DNA of 64,000 nt from Eledone cirrhosa (GCA_964016885.1 OZ024743.1:156488001-156552000), one strand, 5' to 3'. Positions 41,627-55,830 are shown, counted from the first letter of the stretch. Translations and numbers: made by a program. The notes: generated by a model from the sequence alone, not told the origin.

Positions 41627-41789
41627 AAATGTCTGGGAACAGAGTTCAAAGGGTGTGTAGGGGAGTGGCGGAGAGACATATAGCGAAAGGAAACGGTGCA
41701 AATGAAAAAATAAAAAATAAAGATAAAAATAAAAATAAAGCATGATCAAAATACAAGGAGTGAGATAAATTTAAAAATAAAGGCATGAT

Positions 41790-41876
<87 letters not shown>

Positions 41877-41893
41877 TACATACATACATACCT

Positions 41894-42895
41894 GGTGGCC
41901 GACAACTCGTCTGCGAGTACGGCCACTACTTTATATCCATGTAGGAGAACCCCAACCGATGCGGTGAATGAGTGTGACTTTTTCGTCCAGCCAGCGACTT
42001 GTAAACGCTGGTGCAAACACTATACTTGTAACATTTGACCAATTTACAGAAAAAGTTGTGCATAGATACTTGAGACGTAAAACACAGATCGTAGAGGGGA
42101 TAAACCACTCAAAAAGACTGGCATGGAGTTCCGACAAATTTATGGGATCACACCTTGAGGGATATCTATATGCAATATAGGAACAAGAACTCCCTACCAA
42201 ATATCTGCTGCACAAAAGGGCAGGGCCATCAGCTGACAATAAATGTAGGCTATGTAAAACAGAGATCGAGGATGTAATCCACATTGTTGGCAGCTGTGAA
42301 AGAATGTCATCTCGCTACTACCTCCCCATGATACACGATGGGATAGCAAGAGCCATCTGGAACGCACTTCAGAAAACAAAATTAACAACAAACGAGGAAG
42401 AATATATTGAGACAGATGGCACTAAGGAATACTGGTGGAACCTGAAAATAAAAACTCCGACCAAATTAAAGCAGAACCAGCCTGATATTGTTGTTTGGGA
42501 CCACACATTGAAAAACGTGTTCTGTTGTGGAGATCAGCTGCCCACTTGATTTAAAATTTGTCAGAAAAATAAAGGAGAAGGGGGACATCTACGGACCATT
42601 GATGGGGAGTTTGCAAATCCAGTATCCAAGATACACCTTTAGCTTCATACCCATCATTATTGGAGCTACGGTTTATATACCAACATGTTTGAACCAATGT
42701 ATGACTGAACTTCTATTTGCGGATAAAGAGCGCAGCTCCCTAATTCATAGTCTATAAATGGCTGAGATAGCTGGCACCTTCAAAATTTGCAAAACATTCT
42801 TGCGATTCAAGGGATGACAATTTCTTGTCTTTTACAACCTTGCCACCAGGAAGGTGGCCGGACAAAAGAATATACTCGAAATTAAGAGAAATAGA
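41894..42895 (+). mobile_element. Internally deleted R4/Dong-type LINE (5' leader joined to Zn-knuckle/RLE region)
   Basis: ~140-bp leader shared with 42925; CRLCKTEIEDVIHIVGSC, QPDIVVWD, EISCP, FIPIIIGA; lies in (TACA)n. Confidence 0.88.
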
Positions 42896-42924
42896 TAACA
42901 TACTTACATATATACATACATGGT

Positions 42925-45900
42925 GGTGGCTGCCAACTCGTTTTCAAGTACGGCCACTACTTTATATCCATGTAGGAGAACCCCTACCGATGCGCTGAAC
43001 GAGTGTGACTTTTTAGTCCAGCCAGCGACTTGAAAACTCTGGTATAAACACTACACTTGTGACAATTATTGACACATAGTGCTGGGCCCATGGTACCATG
43101 TGACGACAAGTGCAGAGAGATCTCCAGATATAAAGCAATGCCTGTGCCGTGAAGCTTTTATAGTGAGCAAAGACACTGCCTCAAAGCCAGTCCCACTCTC
43201 TTAACCAAGATGATATTTACCAAAAAGAAGTACAAGTCAACATCATTGGATACCATCAGGGTTGCAGGTGTTATATCACAGTTTCCCTTCATACATACAT
43301 ACATATTTAATTGTTATAAAATGGCAAAAAACAATCCCTCCTTTGGTTATATGAATAGAATGAAGCTAAACTGGGACGAGATGCAACCAGAGCTAAATTA
43401 TTTCACAACCGAAACAATTACGCCAACAATCGACGTTTGTTGAAAGTAAAAATAAGATAAATATTATCTTATTCAACAAACATTGAATCAACCATACGTG
43501 CTACATATCGCCATGCTACTAGACTTCGTAGCAGCCAGGTCGAACAACGCCTTGAAACAACTATGCCTGTAAGAAATTTGACACCACCTATACCATCTAA
43601 GTCTACATCGAATGCTGGGAAAATCTCTATCGATAATAATAATAATCGAAGAAATAATAATAATAATCGAATAAATGTGACACCACGTATACCATCCGAG
43701 TCTACCTCGACTGTTGTGGAAAATGCTATCGATAATGATAATCAAAAGTATAAAAAATTTAAAATTTCCCTCAACAAAATCTTCCAGAGAGAAATTAACT
43801 CATGTATAAATATCTCTCTTGCTGAACAATGGTGAATAAAATAACAAATATGTGTTATTGACGAAATAGGGGATGAATATTTACGACGGATAAAAACCCC
43901 AACATTTTGGTAAATCAACGCCTGTTTATATGCCTTAGCAATGACAGTGAAGCATTATCTTGGTGATAGCAGAGATATTAACAAGAACAAAACACCACCA
44001 AAAATACCATCATATATAACTAAAATAGAAAAAAAGAGTGCTGACCTACGAAAAAACATAGGACATGTGACGATGATCCTTACATGCAAACAAACGCAAA
44101 AAACCTCACTCCTCACCAAGAAAGAGTGAAAAATAAAATAGAGACGATGTTTGGTAACAGTAGAACCAGAACTCTCCTATATAAGCTGATCACCCTCAAA
44201 CAAAAATTGAGAGCTGTTAGCGAAACACGCCGATACTTGAAGAAGGTAGATGAGAGAAAAATGCTTAATAAAAGATTCAGACGAAACCAAACATCACTAT
44301 ATAGAGATATGAAGGGCAAATAATAAGTGTCACTGAAGCCCCATCCCAGAAAGACATAGATTCCTTTTGGAGAAATATATGGGGTAAAAAGAAGAATTTC
44401 AACCAAGATGCAGTGTGGCTAAGAGAAATCCGAAAGAACTATCGCTCCTACACTACAACAAAACACATACGAAATAAATGAGGGTACCCTTGAGACTGTG
44501 ATAGGAAAACTCCAAGATAAGAAAATACCAGGAAGAGACATGATTGTCGGCTACTGGTACAAACAAGTAATATTCTATCGGAGGTATCTTACTGACCTCT
44601 TACACTTATACCAGAATGATTGACATTAGCACAAACGTTACTGGTCCCCAAGAACAAACACACCCACTTGGAAAAAAATACCGACCCATTGCATGCCAGA
44701 ACCTGATGTATAAGATGTATACAGCCTGTCTGAACCTATTCCTCCAAGATCACTGTGAAAATAATAACAACATCACAGATGAACAAGCAGCTGGAAAGAA
44801 AAGGGTTTGGGGATGTGCTGAACAACTCCTAATCAACAAAACTGCGATGTCGGAGGTGCGACAATTTAGGAGGAATATGACTACAGTCTGGCTGGACTAC
44901 AGGAAAGCTTTCGATTCTGTTCCCCACTCTTGGATGATAGAGGCCTTCCAACTTGCTAAAGTCCCAGACATTATTGTCAGAGCCATAGAGAGGCTGTCTT
45001 CTTCTTGGGCTACTATCCTAAGGTTAAAGACAGAGAGGGAGGACTCTATTTTCACTGATAAAATAAAATATTGTAGGGGTATATTTCAGTGATATTGTTC
45101 ATCTTGTCATTTAGCCCCTTGTCCTTTCTGCTCAAGAAATGTGAGGGATACATCATTGGCTCACAGGAGGACAAAAATACGAACCTAACCCATAACTTCT
45201 TTGTGGACGATCTGAAACTCTATGACAAGATCATGGATGGGATGAAGAAAAATCTTGACCTGGTTACAACGTTCTCAAAGGATATAGCAATGGAATTTGG
45301 CCAAGATAAATGCTCATACATGACTGTAAAGCGGGGAAAAACAACAACCCAATATAGCAACATTGTCATCAATGGTCTAACTGTTTCACCGATATCTGAT
45401 AAGGACTGTTACAGATACCTGGGGATAGATGAGAACATACCCTATAATGGTATCTGTAATAAAGAACGCGTATATCAGGGAATACTACACCCGATTAAGA
45501 AAGATCTGGTCATCGGAACTCTCTGCGCAAAACGAAACAGTGGCTCACAATGTGTTTGCTGTGCCTGTCCTAACCCCAACATTTGGAATACTCAATTGGA
45601 CGATAGACGAAATCCGAGCAATTGATGTTGGCACTCGAAAAATACTGAACAACACCGGAAACTTTCACATCAACCGTGACATAGACCGCCTTTACTTGAA
45701 ACGTAAGCAGGGAGGCAGAGGCCTAACATCAGTCCAGACAACATTTGAATGTCGCATCATATCTCTCCGACAACATTTACGAACCTCGAAGCGTAGGAGC
45801 CCGCTTCTTGAGCAAGTCTATCTGCATGAAACAGATAAGATCATGAGAATTGGGAAGGAACTCCTTGAGAGATATTCCCTGTGTGATAATCAAAAACTCA

Positions 45901-46770
45901 CACCCAGGGATGTCGCTCAGCAGTATCGCACTGAATCCATGGATGAAAAACTGCATGCCTATCAGCAAAAAATCATGCATGGATATGTTGCCAGGAAGCT
46001 CCAGATTGAGAGTAATATAGATGAGGAAAGTAGTCTATATTGGACCAACAAGCGCTATATTGGCTCTTACTTTGAAGGATATGCTTTTGCAATCCAAGAA
46101 CAGGAGATTAGCACGAAATACTTGATTCACAAAAGAAATAGGGATGCAGGCAAAACACCTAGATGAGATAACAAGTTCAGACTCTGCAGAACTAATATCG
46201 AGGATATTACCCATGTCATCAACAGCTGTCCAAGTATGTCATCGCGGTACTATCTACCTATGATGCATGATGTAGTGGCCAAAACACTGTACAATGCAGT
46301 TTGTAAACAAGATAGCCCCGATAATAAACACATTAAAACTACAACAATGTGGAAGACATCCATGTACATATTATGAAAGAGTACTGATGGAATATTCCAG
46401 TAAAAACCCCAATAAAATGCAGGCATAACAGTCCAGATATTATGATATGGGACAGGGAGAAGAAAACATGCACAGTAGTGGAAATTAGCTGCCAAGCAGA
46501 TGCAATTATAATATCAAAGATTAGTGAAAAGGAGAATATTTATGCAGAACTGATGAGAAATCTGCAGATACTCCACCCTGATTACACCTTCAGATTTATG
46601 CCTGTGATTGTTGGGGCACAGGGATATGTTAGTAACTGCCTCAATACAAATCTTGAGAATCTAGGCTTCACAGGAACAGAAAGAACACAACTAGTTAGGA
46701 AACTACAAGTACAATCCATTAATGGAACAGTAAAATTATGTAAAACATTCCAAACATTTTGCATCTAATA
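42925..46770 (+). mobile_element. Near-full-length R4/Dong-clade non-LTR retrotransposon, disrupted single ORF (~43210-46768)
   Basis: YRPIACQNLMYK; WLDYRKAFDSVPHSW; RGIFQ; FFVDDLKLY; FGQDKC; YRYLG; RLYLKRKQGGRGL; PDIMIWD..VVEISC; flanked by TACA-type repeats. Confidence 0.95.
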
Positions 46771-47001
46771 AGTGCATATACACATGTACAGATGCACAGC
46801 ATATACACGGGCACACATAAAACTCAAAATATACACGTCCACACATACAATGACATCCATATCTACACATGCATACATACATATCTAGCTAGTTGATGTT
46901 GTGTAAATTCCAATGAGAGAGTCTTGTGTCTATGTTAGAAACATACTCTCTCTCTATCGGTAAAATTTGTGAAATTATAAAACGAGAAGAACATACATAC
47001 A

Positions 47002-47047
<46 letters not shown>

Positions 47048-47332
47048 CTCACATACCCTCTCTCCCTCACTTCCACGGACCCAGTAACCCCCACTTGTTG
47101 ATACATATCGGCACAAGCCTTCAAACGGTTGTTTACGTCGCGCTCTGTATCACTTAGGAAAAGCATATCCTACTCAAACGTACACATATATACATACATA
47201 CGCACGCACATACATATTCGCGGAACCTTCTATACATTTATATATATATATATACACAATCATACACACACATATATCACATATATACATACACACATAT
47301 ATACCCATACATACATATATACACACGTGTAT

Positions 47333-47384
<52 letters not shown>

Positions 47385-47559
47385 GCATACATATATACAT
47401 ACACACACGTATATACGTAAGTGTATACTCACACGTGTCCACACATACATACGAATACACATACGAAGATAAACATTACATACACGCGTACATACATATA
47501 TATATATGTATATATATAGATGTATACATATAGTAGTAGTAGTAGAATATTGCTGATGA

Positions 47560-48780
47560 GGTATATCCATAGTAATAGAGCACACAGTCCATCGACTCAA
47601 ATACAGTACCAAAGACCAATAATGTAATCTTCCACACGCACCTTTAAAGGTTTCCATAAAGTAAATGAAAAACTAAATTACATACACAAGGACGCATGCC
47701 ACCACCTACAGTTTTTAGAAGCCTCGTGAAAAATCACGGCACTAATAAATCAATATTTGACAGAGCGGAACCCTACAACAACGCGGCGTCAGCTAACAGC
47801 GGCTTCTCGCAACCAATTGCTTACTCCCCTACTAACGCCAACAACAATATGGAAAGAAATCGTGCTAATGGAAAAATAATTTGGAGCCCTCCCCCCTACA
47901 ACTCAACGTTAAAATTAATGTAGGCAAATTTTGTTTAGCTCTCTTAGATAGACACTTCCCCATAGGTCAGAAATACCATTCCAACTTTAACAGTCCCAGG
48001 GTGAACCTAGTATATACCTGTGCTAAGAATATGAAGGCCCACATCACCAACAGCCCTAAGAGCAGCACCCCATCAGGATGCTCTTGCCAAAGGCCTGAAA
48101 ATTGTCCCCTTCAATAACAATGTAACACGCCTGCTGTAATATATGATGCTGTGGTCACTTATAACGTACCAAATGAACAATAAGAGTTTAAATCCTATGT
48201 AGGCATGGTGGAGGTCTGGTTTAAAGAACGCTTCGTCAATCATCGGTCCACCTTCAAATACCCGAACAAACGATCGTCCACGTAACTCGTGAGCCACGTG
48301 TGATCCCTCAAGGACACAGGCGTTGATTACTCCACCCAATGAAAAGTTGTGGCTAAGTCTAAGCCATACGGAAATGGAAAACCATTATGTGGGCTGTGCA
48401 TTGAATAAAGAATCAATATCCTAAGAATGTTACGTAATAGCCCTTGTCTCAATTCAAGGAATGAAATGTTCATGCATTGTCCACTCGTCTGGAAATACCT
48501 ATTACATAATTACAACGCTCAAATCTATAATATTCTGGACTGAATAACATAAATAATTTATAATCATTCCGAGTATCCACAGTTGTATCCCTCACATCGA
48601 TCTATCGTGGGTTTACCTAGCCTTTTGTAAGTGACTGTTTATGCACATGGGTATTGGTACAGTTGTATTTTCCTTTTTCATACAAGCCCATTTAAACCTA
48701 AAGCGACTTGATGATCCAAATAAGGTGAAACAATTACTCTCGATAATGGTGAACTAACTGTTGTGGAACTACTTCTCCTC
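47560..48780 (+). mobile_element. 5'-truncated PLE (linker + GIY-YIG + pLTR, decayed hammerhead at 48704-48742)
   Basis: IIWSPPPYN; NVGKFCLALLDRHFP; CSCQRPENCPL; VIYDAVV..SYVG...FKERFVNH; LCGLC; LNSRNE. Confidence 0.92.
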
Positions 48781-48825
48781 ACTCTCTCCCCCCTCTCTCT
48801 CTCTATCTATCTATATCTCTATATA

Positions 48826-48881
<56 letters not shown>

Positions 48882-49156
48882 TATATATATAATTTAATAC
48901 AGAAAATGCTTCTATGTGCCAGCACTCTACTCCTTATCGGCTCCTCCTCGTTTCCCAATCGTTTCTATATTCCATCTGCCTGTCAACCACGTCTCACCTC
49001 GCATTTTCTCTTTAGTGGCCACTAGCCACTGATTTCTGTCCTCTGAGGTATTTTACTCGATGCTGTTTTAACAGCTATTCCTGCATTGAGTTTTCAGATT
49101 TTCCTATGAATTTAAATATACTAATGTTCAGTCACGATTTGGAGACAATAATTTTT

Positions 49157-49281
<125 letters not shown>

Positions 49282-49303
49282 AGTGAGAGAGTATATATAC
49301 ATA

Positions 49304-49353
<50 letters not shown>

Positions 49354-50469
49354 ATTTACTTTAGGTTTACTTTTACTGTTATTCGTCTACTTTCAACAAG
49401 AATAGATAATTTCTGCTCTGGGCTAGGCAGATGCAAATTTGTATATTTTACATATCAATAAGATATAAATATTTATTCTATACACCCTTTTACTCCGTTC
49501 CTTTTAATTACTTACTTAGTTTGCAACTAGATGTGCGAGGGATAATAGAGTGAAAAAGGATTATATTATATATACCACAATGCAATGCACCGAAATCACC
49601 ATCACCTTCATTACCTAGTGAGATACCGCCATTAACCTTATAATCAATTTTAATTAGACACGTAATAAGAATAACATATTTGAAGTAAATGGCACATTTT
49701 TGTCAAGAGCGAATTTCTAGGAAGTCTGAATTCCTTAAATGTTAAATGAAAATAAATTGTATGTACTGAATTTGATTTTTGATTGATATGACCCTAAATG
49801 TGGTCGTTTTCAGCAGATTGCTTTGCAATAAATTATTTATACATAAAACCACTTTGAAAATATATGTTTTGTGAAATTATCTTATTATGTAATTTGATAA
49901 ACTTATGTTGGGGCGTTTCGTTGTTATTTCATAGTGCATGAATAGTCTACTGTTCATTATTTGCTAAACTACGCATTGCGTGGACCTACGATGATTTTGA
50001 ACCCTATTGAAATTACTCAGAATAAATAGATGAAACGAGTAACTTCAATTTAAATACTTGACAAGATCTGCAATGACGTGGGCTCCGGTAACTCTTTAAT
50101 TAATTAACGTTTCCAATTTCACTCATTTGACAATCTTCATAAGAAATGCCATTATCACTGACGATAGTCATACTCTTTGCGGGTTTTAAAAACCAATATT
50201 TAAAAACCAATATTTCATGATGATATAATATGTAGAATAATTATCAAGCAATCAAGCAATCGAGCAGTCAAATAGTTTGGTATGCATATCAAGAAACGTA
50301 TGCAGCTGGTAAAAAACCTAACACCAATTTATAAATCTGATATAACAATTTATAGGTAGAACCCTTTCATAGAGCAAACGTTTATTTCCATTTCCTGTGC
50401 AATTAAATAACAATACTGTTGGCGATTATCTGAATTCTTACATTTTAGGAAAATCCCTTGTGGCACGTT

Positions 50470-50560
50470 TTCCGACTCTTTGCGTTTTGAGTTCAAGTTC
50501 AATTGAGGTGCTCTTACCCGTTAATCTGTTCAGGATGATAGATGAATTAAACGTCAAATA
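50470..50560 (+). mobile_element. Decayed SINE family A copy
   Basis: TTTGCGTTTTGAGTTCAAGTTC..TTGAGGT resembles the family A B-box region. Confidence 0.4.
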
Positions 50561-51799
50561 AACAAGCCATCTACTCTCGTTATTATTCTACATTTACATT
50601 GGCTCTATTAGGATCTGATACGATAAAGAGGATCGTGGATAACCAAATCTTCTTTCCCAATAAGACATGAAGAAGACTGAGTAAGAATCTAGCAACCTTT
50701 ACACATCTAGTATAATATAAAAACTGTAAACATATATTAGAGCATTACGATGTGACGTAATGCATAAAAGTATTTAAAAGACGAAACAATAAGGTGAACA
50801 TACAGCAAATACTGTCTTATTACGATATTGCACTTGAATAGAAGGCGTTTGAAAACTGTGTCTTTAAGAGCTAGAAAATCCAGGAGATTAAGTGTGCGAA
50901 CACACCATCGATAACATCTTAGGCATACGCTCATGGCAGTACATAATCGATAAACATACACACATAAATGGCTACACAAATGCACTAACATAAACACAGA
51001 CACAGACACTTCCACACAGATACAAACACACACACACACACCCAAGCACAAACACACACACAATCACACATGGGTACACACAAACACACATGAGCATACG
51101 CAGATACACGCACACGCGCACACATGCATGCGCACCAACAGACAAATGAACGCACAGACGATGGCAAAGAGATCCACAAAGACAGGAAGAAAATAAAGAA
51201 CCTCTGGAAAATAACCTATGCACTGTGACATTCATTACCAATTGTCAGGAATAATGGTCTCTGATTGACATTTATTGCTACGTTGATTTCAATAGGGCAA
51301 TAGGACAGTAGTGAAAATAATTGTTTGGCGTGCATGGTATTTAGAAGATACAAAAAATATATTTGCATTTTTGTGTGTCATGAATTGGGGAGAGGGTGAA
51401 TGTGTTATAATATTTCATTGTGAGGTGTTAGTAAATATGGCAGTGGAGGTTGTGTAGATGTGTTTGTGGGGCCGCTGGTAATCGTGCTGTTGTTGATGGT
51501 TGTGGTAGAGGGAGGTTTTGTTGGTTGTTATTGATTTTTCAGTGCCTTCATCTGTAGTAGTTTTGTTTTGCAGTTCTCATTGGTTTCTTTATTACAGTTA
51601 TTTACAAATAAAATATAAGTGATTCATTCATAAATATGTTACCATGGGTTGTCGTACTTTTCAGCGGTAGCGGCAACAGTATAATAATATACACCATCGT
51701 CGTCGTCAACGTTGTCTTCATTATCCTGAGCAGAAATAGAATTTCCGTCGTGAGAATGATGATAAAAAGATAATGAGGATGAGAATAAAGATGATGATG

Positions 51800-54300
51800 A
51801 TGATAATAATAATAATAATAATAATAATGATTTATTTATTAACCACAAGGGTTTACACAAATTAGACATTAAGGACAGTGCAGGACAATACAGGTCGGTA
51901 CAAATGGGCATTTATGTGTGTAAAAAACAAAAACAGAGGATGTAACAAAAAATAACAAAGAAAAATACTCCAATAGGGGGGAGACTTCCGAGGGACATTT
52001 GTGGAGAAAGCCCATTAAAAGACCACAGTGACCCCGACCACCAGGGCAAGTGCCCTCTCCCAGTTTTCTACCTTTAATTTACAGACACATACTCAGAGAA
52101 GGCCCATTCATTCGGGCCATACTTGCTTCTCTCACCCATCTTTCAACAAAATGCTGGGAAAAGAGCACTCCCCTCTCTACCCTGATTTTCCTTTGAAACA
52201 GTTAATCAGGGTATCACCGAAGAGGTAAGTGCTCGTCTTCAGCCCTTTCAAACGTGTCCACCATACTATCTCTTTCGCCATGGCCACCAGACAGATAAAA
52301 ACTGCCTGCCCTTCCCGGCAAAAGTAAGAGGGCGGGGCAACCTCACGATGGACTCAGCTGATAGCTGGATCCGTCCTACATGCAACAGCATGTGTACGAC
52401 ATGAACCCACAAGTCAGCAATGCTTGGACACTAAACGAGTGTGTGCTGGACGGTTTCGTCGCCCTGCGCGCACCTCGGACATGCCCGGCTGACAGCACCT
52501 CCATGCCTGTAGAGTTTATCCCAAACTGGAAAATCTCCACGGTAGCACTGCCAGGCCAGTGATTTCTGGAAGTTGTCCATAGGCACCGGCCTGAAAGTTC
52601 TTCCGAAGAGATTGGCTAGTTGATTTTCGTCAACAACTAGAGTTTCCCCAATTATGTCACCGCTCTTCCCCTCAACTAATCCTCTATAGGTGGAGTTTCC
52701 ACCGATCACATTGCCTGATTGGTCGAGTTCTGTGAGCGCCTGAAGACATTCCAGTCGCCAAGCGCTCCCTCTCGGTCTTCGTTTGACCCAGGACTGCAGC
52801 TCCGTCAAGGAGACGTGCTAGGGAAAGACGCGTCTAGCAAACGGCGACCACACCTGATCACCGTCGAGGAAGAGGTGGAGATGTCGTAGCCTGAGCGCGT
52901 GTCTGCGCATCATCAGCCACGGGATGCCCATCCCTCCACGTAGCGGGTGTTGACAGTAGATGGACCGCATGATCATCGGAGCGCGTCCCTTCCACAAAAA
53001 GCGAAAGAGCAAACGCTCCAGCACAGTCAGGCGGAGCTTAGGACAAGGTACGACGGTCAGGCGGCAGCAGATGACAGACGCGATACACGCGTCAGCCACC
53101 TCCGCTCGACCATTCAGAGATAGCTTCCTCTCCGCCCATTTCTGGGTGAGAGAAACCACCCTGCTCGTCACCTTGTCCCGGTTTTTGTTCGTCTGGAGGT
53201 CCGTACCGAACCAGACGCCTAGCAATTTAACCGATCCGTCTGTCCAGCGTCCGACGACGCTGTTCGACGGCATGGAGCAGCCTCTCCAGGTGCCGAGCTG
53301 CAGGCCCACTGACTTTTCTTGGTTGATCATTGCTCCTGTCACCGCTTCGTATTCTCTTAGTATAGTGCTGATAGCCTCGATGTGTTTGGCGTTCGACACC
53401 AATACGGTGACATCGGCCGCATATGCTGACACGGATCTTCCGCATCCTAGTTCGCGCGGGATCTCCAGCAACGTCTTCAGTTTGTGCAGTAATGGCTCGA
53501 GAGTCAATACGTACACGAGGGTGGAGAGGGGACATCCTTGGCGGACCGAGCGCATGATGTTGAACGGTTCCGGAAGGTGACAGTTCACTCTCACCACAGA
53601 GCAAATGTCGCTGTGCATGGCAGCGATCCAGCCTCTGAAGACGGGGCCAAAGCCAGCCACCTTCAGGACTATCGCTAGGTAACGATGGTCGACCCTATCG
53701 AAAGCTTTCGACTGATCTAAATTGATCAGGGACCCACCCGTGCCAGGTTCCCTAGCTACCCTCTCTACGATGTATCGCATGATGTGGAGGTTGTCGTAGA
53801 TGGTTCTGTCGGGAATGGCGCATGTCTGCGCCTCTCCAACCAGACCACCAACGACAAGCACCAACTTCTTTGCTATCACCTTGGCCAAAATCTTGAACTC
53901 TGTGTTAGCAGAATTATGAGCCTAAAATGTTCTATGTTATCCCCCTTGTTCGGATCCTTTCTCAGCAGCGCCATACCTCCTCGGCTCACAGAGTTGGGAA
54001 TTCTCCTGTTCTGTTGCCAGTTGAAGTAGACGTCCGCCCAGACAAATGTGGCATCTGTACGTGAAGTTCATACGGCAGATCATCCAAACCAGGCGATTTA
54101 CCCCTTGTGCAGCCAGTCATTGCCTCCCGTACTTCAGCGGCTGTTATCGGCTTTTCGCAACACTCCGCCTCAGTGGCCGAGAGCCGCGGCAGTCCGTCGA
54201 GGTAGACACTAAAGTCCATCCCTCGATCCGGCCCGCCGCTTCCCCCGAACAGCTGAGCGAAGTGTCGCTGAAAAGATTCACACATTTGCCCGGGATCGAG
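51800..54300 (-). mobile_element. Tx1/L1-clade LINE, 5'-truncated, relatively young, with AATAAA and (ATT)n tail
   Basis: ORF 52818-53888: DQSKAFDRVDH, SVRQGCPLS, AYAADV (YADD broken), KLLGV; C-terminal CPRC....ETVQH. Confidence 0.95.
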
Positions 54301-55830
54301 TAGATCAGGCGGTAGTAGATGACGGACGCCATAAGCCCGACCTTTCAGTGATAGCTTTCTCGCAGCCCATTTCTGGTTGAGACTTGCTAACCTGCCCGTC
54401 ACCTCGTCCCAATTCTTATCCACCTGGAGGTATGTCCAGAAACAAACTCCAAGCATCTTTACCGGTCAGTCCATCCAGCACCCAACGACACTGTTGCACG
54501 GCATAGATTTGCCTCTCCAGGTGTCGAGATGCAACCCTACCGACTTTGCTGGATTATGTTTCGCTCCTGTCAAGCTTTCATATTCCTTTAATAAGGGGCT
54601 GACCACCTACATTTCCGAGGTGTCCGACAACATTATAGTCATGTCGTTCCGTATAAGCCGACACACCCTTTCCGCGTCCGGCTTCGAGTCGGATGCTCTG
54701 CAACAGCTCCAGCTTCCGTAGTAAAGGCTCTAGAGTCAATACGTACAGAAGGGAGTAAAGAGTGCACCTTTGACAGACCGATCGGGTGACCTAAATGGTT
54801 CCGGAGGTGGCCATTATCGTTGTCCACAGAGCAGATGCCGCTGTGCATTGCAGCGATCCAGCTTCTGAAGACGGGACTGAAGCCAGCTGCCTTGCGAACA
54901 GCTTCCAGGTACCGAATGCTTTCGATTGATCTAAATTGACGAGAGCCCCACCGGAGCCAGGTTTACACCACACCCTCTTTATGATGTATCGTATGAGGTG
55001 GAGGTTTTCGTGTATGGACCTGGACGGGATTGCGCAAGTTTGCGCCTCACCAACCAAATCCTCGACGACTAGCGCCAACCTCTTCGCTAAAATATTTGCC
55101 GAAATTTTAAACTCTACGTTTAGCATATTTATGGGTCTGAAATGTTATATATGGTCCCGTTCTTTTGGGTCCTTTCTCAGCAACGCTACTACCTCACGAC
55201 TCACAGAACTGAGAATTCTCCGGTTCCTCCCGCCAGTTAGCGTAGATTTCCCCTAGGATGTCATTCAACACATCTAGCATGTTAGTGTAAATATTGTGCA
55301 GCTAGATATTGCGCCCCATATTGCCTCGTCGCTTATCGGTTATTCGCAACACTCCAACTCCCTCGCCGACTGGTAAGCTCTGACATCCATCCCTCTTTCC
55401 AACCCACCACCGCTCCCGAAAATGCAAGCGAAGTGACGCAGAAAAACCTCACATATGTGCTTGGGGTCAAGTACCATGCTCCCGCTGTGGTTCATCAAAG
55501 ACTGGATTGTGGCTTTGTTGCCATAACTAGCCTCCACCACTTTGGACCATTGAACGGCTTTCGTCCCCTAGTTCCTGAGATAACGCAACTTAGCTCGGGC
55601 AACGCAGCCTTGGTGCTTAGAATTGAAGAACTAGTGCAGGGCCACTCTCGCGGTGAGCACGTTGGCTGAGATGTCTTTCGTAAGTGCCTCTACTAGTTTT
55701 CAAACTATATTTCTCTTTAACTTAGGTCCGTCTATTGTTACAGCCTTACTAAAATTTATCGATTCCTCTCTAATAGACGTTTTGGGGGCGAACCACCATT
55801 TGTTGTTGAAGATTGCTCCTGCAATATCGC
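54301..55830 (-). mobile_element. Second, more decayed Tx1 segment of the same family, head-to-tail with the first
   Basis: LNVEFKISANILAKRLALVVEDLVGEAQTCAIPSRSIHENLHL..LDQSKAF. Confidence 0.9.

Noticed and set aside
52818-53888. Functional RT or domesticated gene (356 aa)
   Set aside because: Catalytic YADD reads YAAD, and flanking frames are disrupted.
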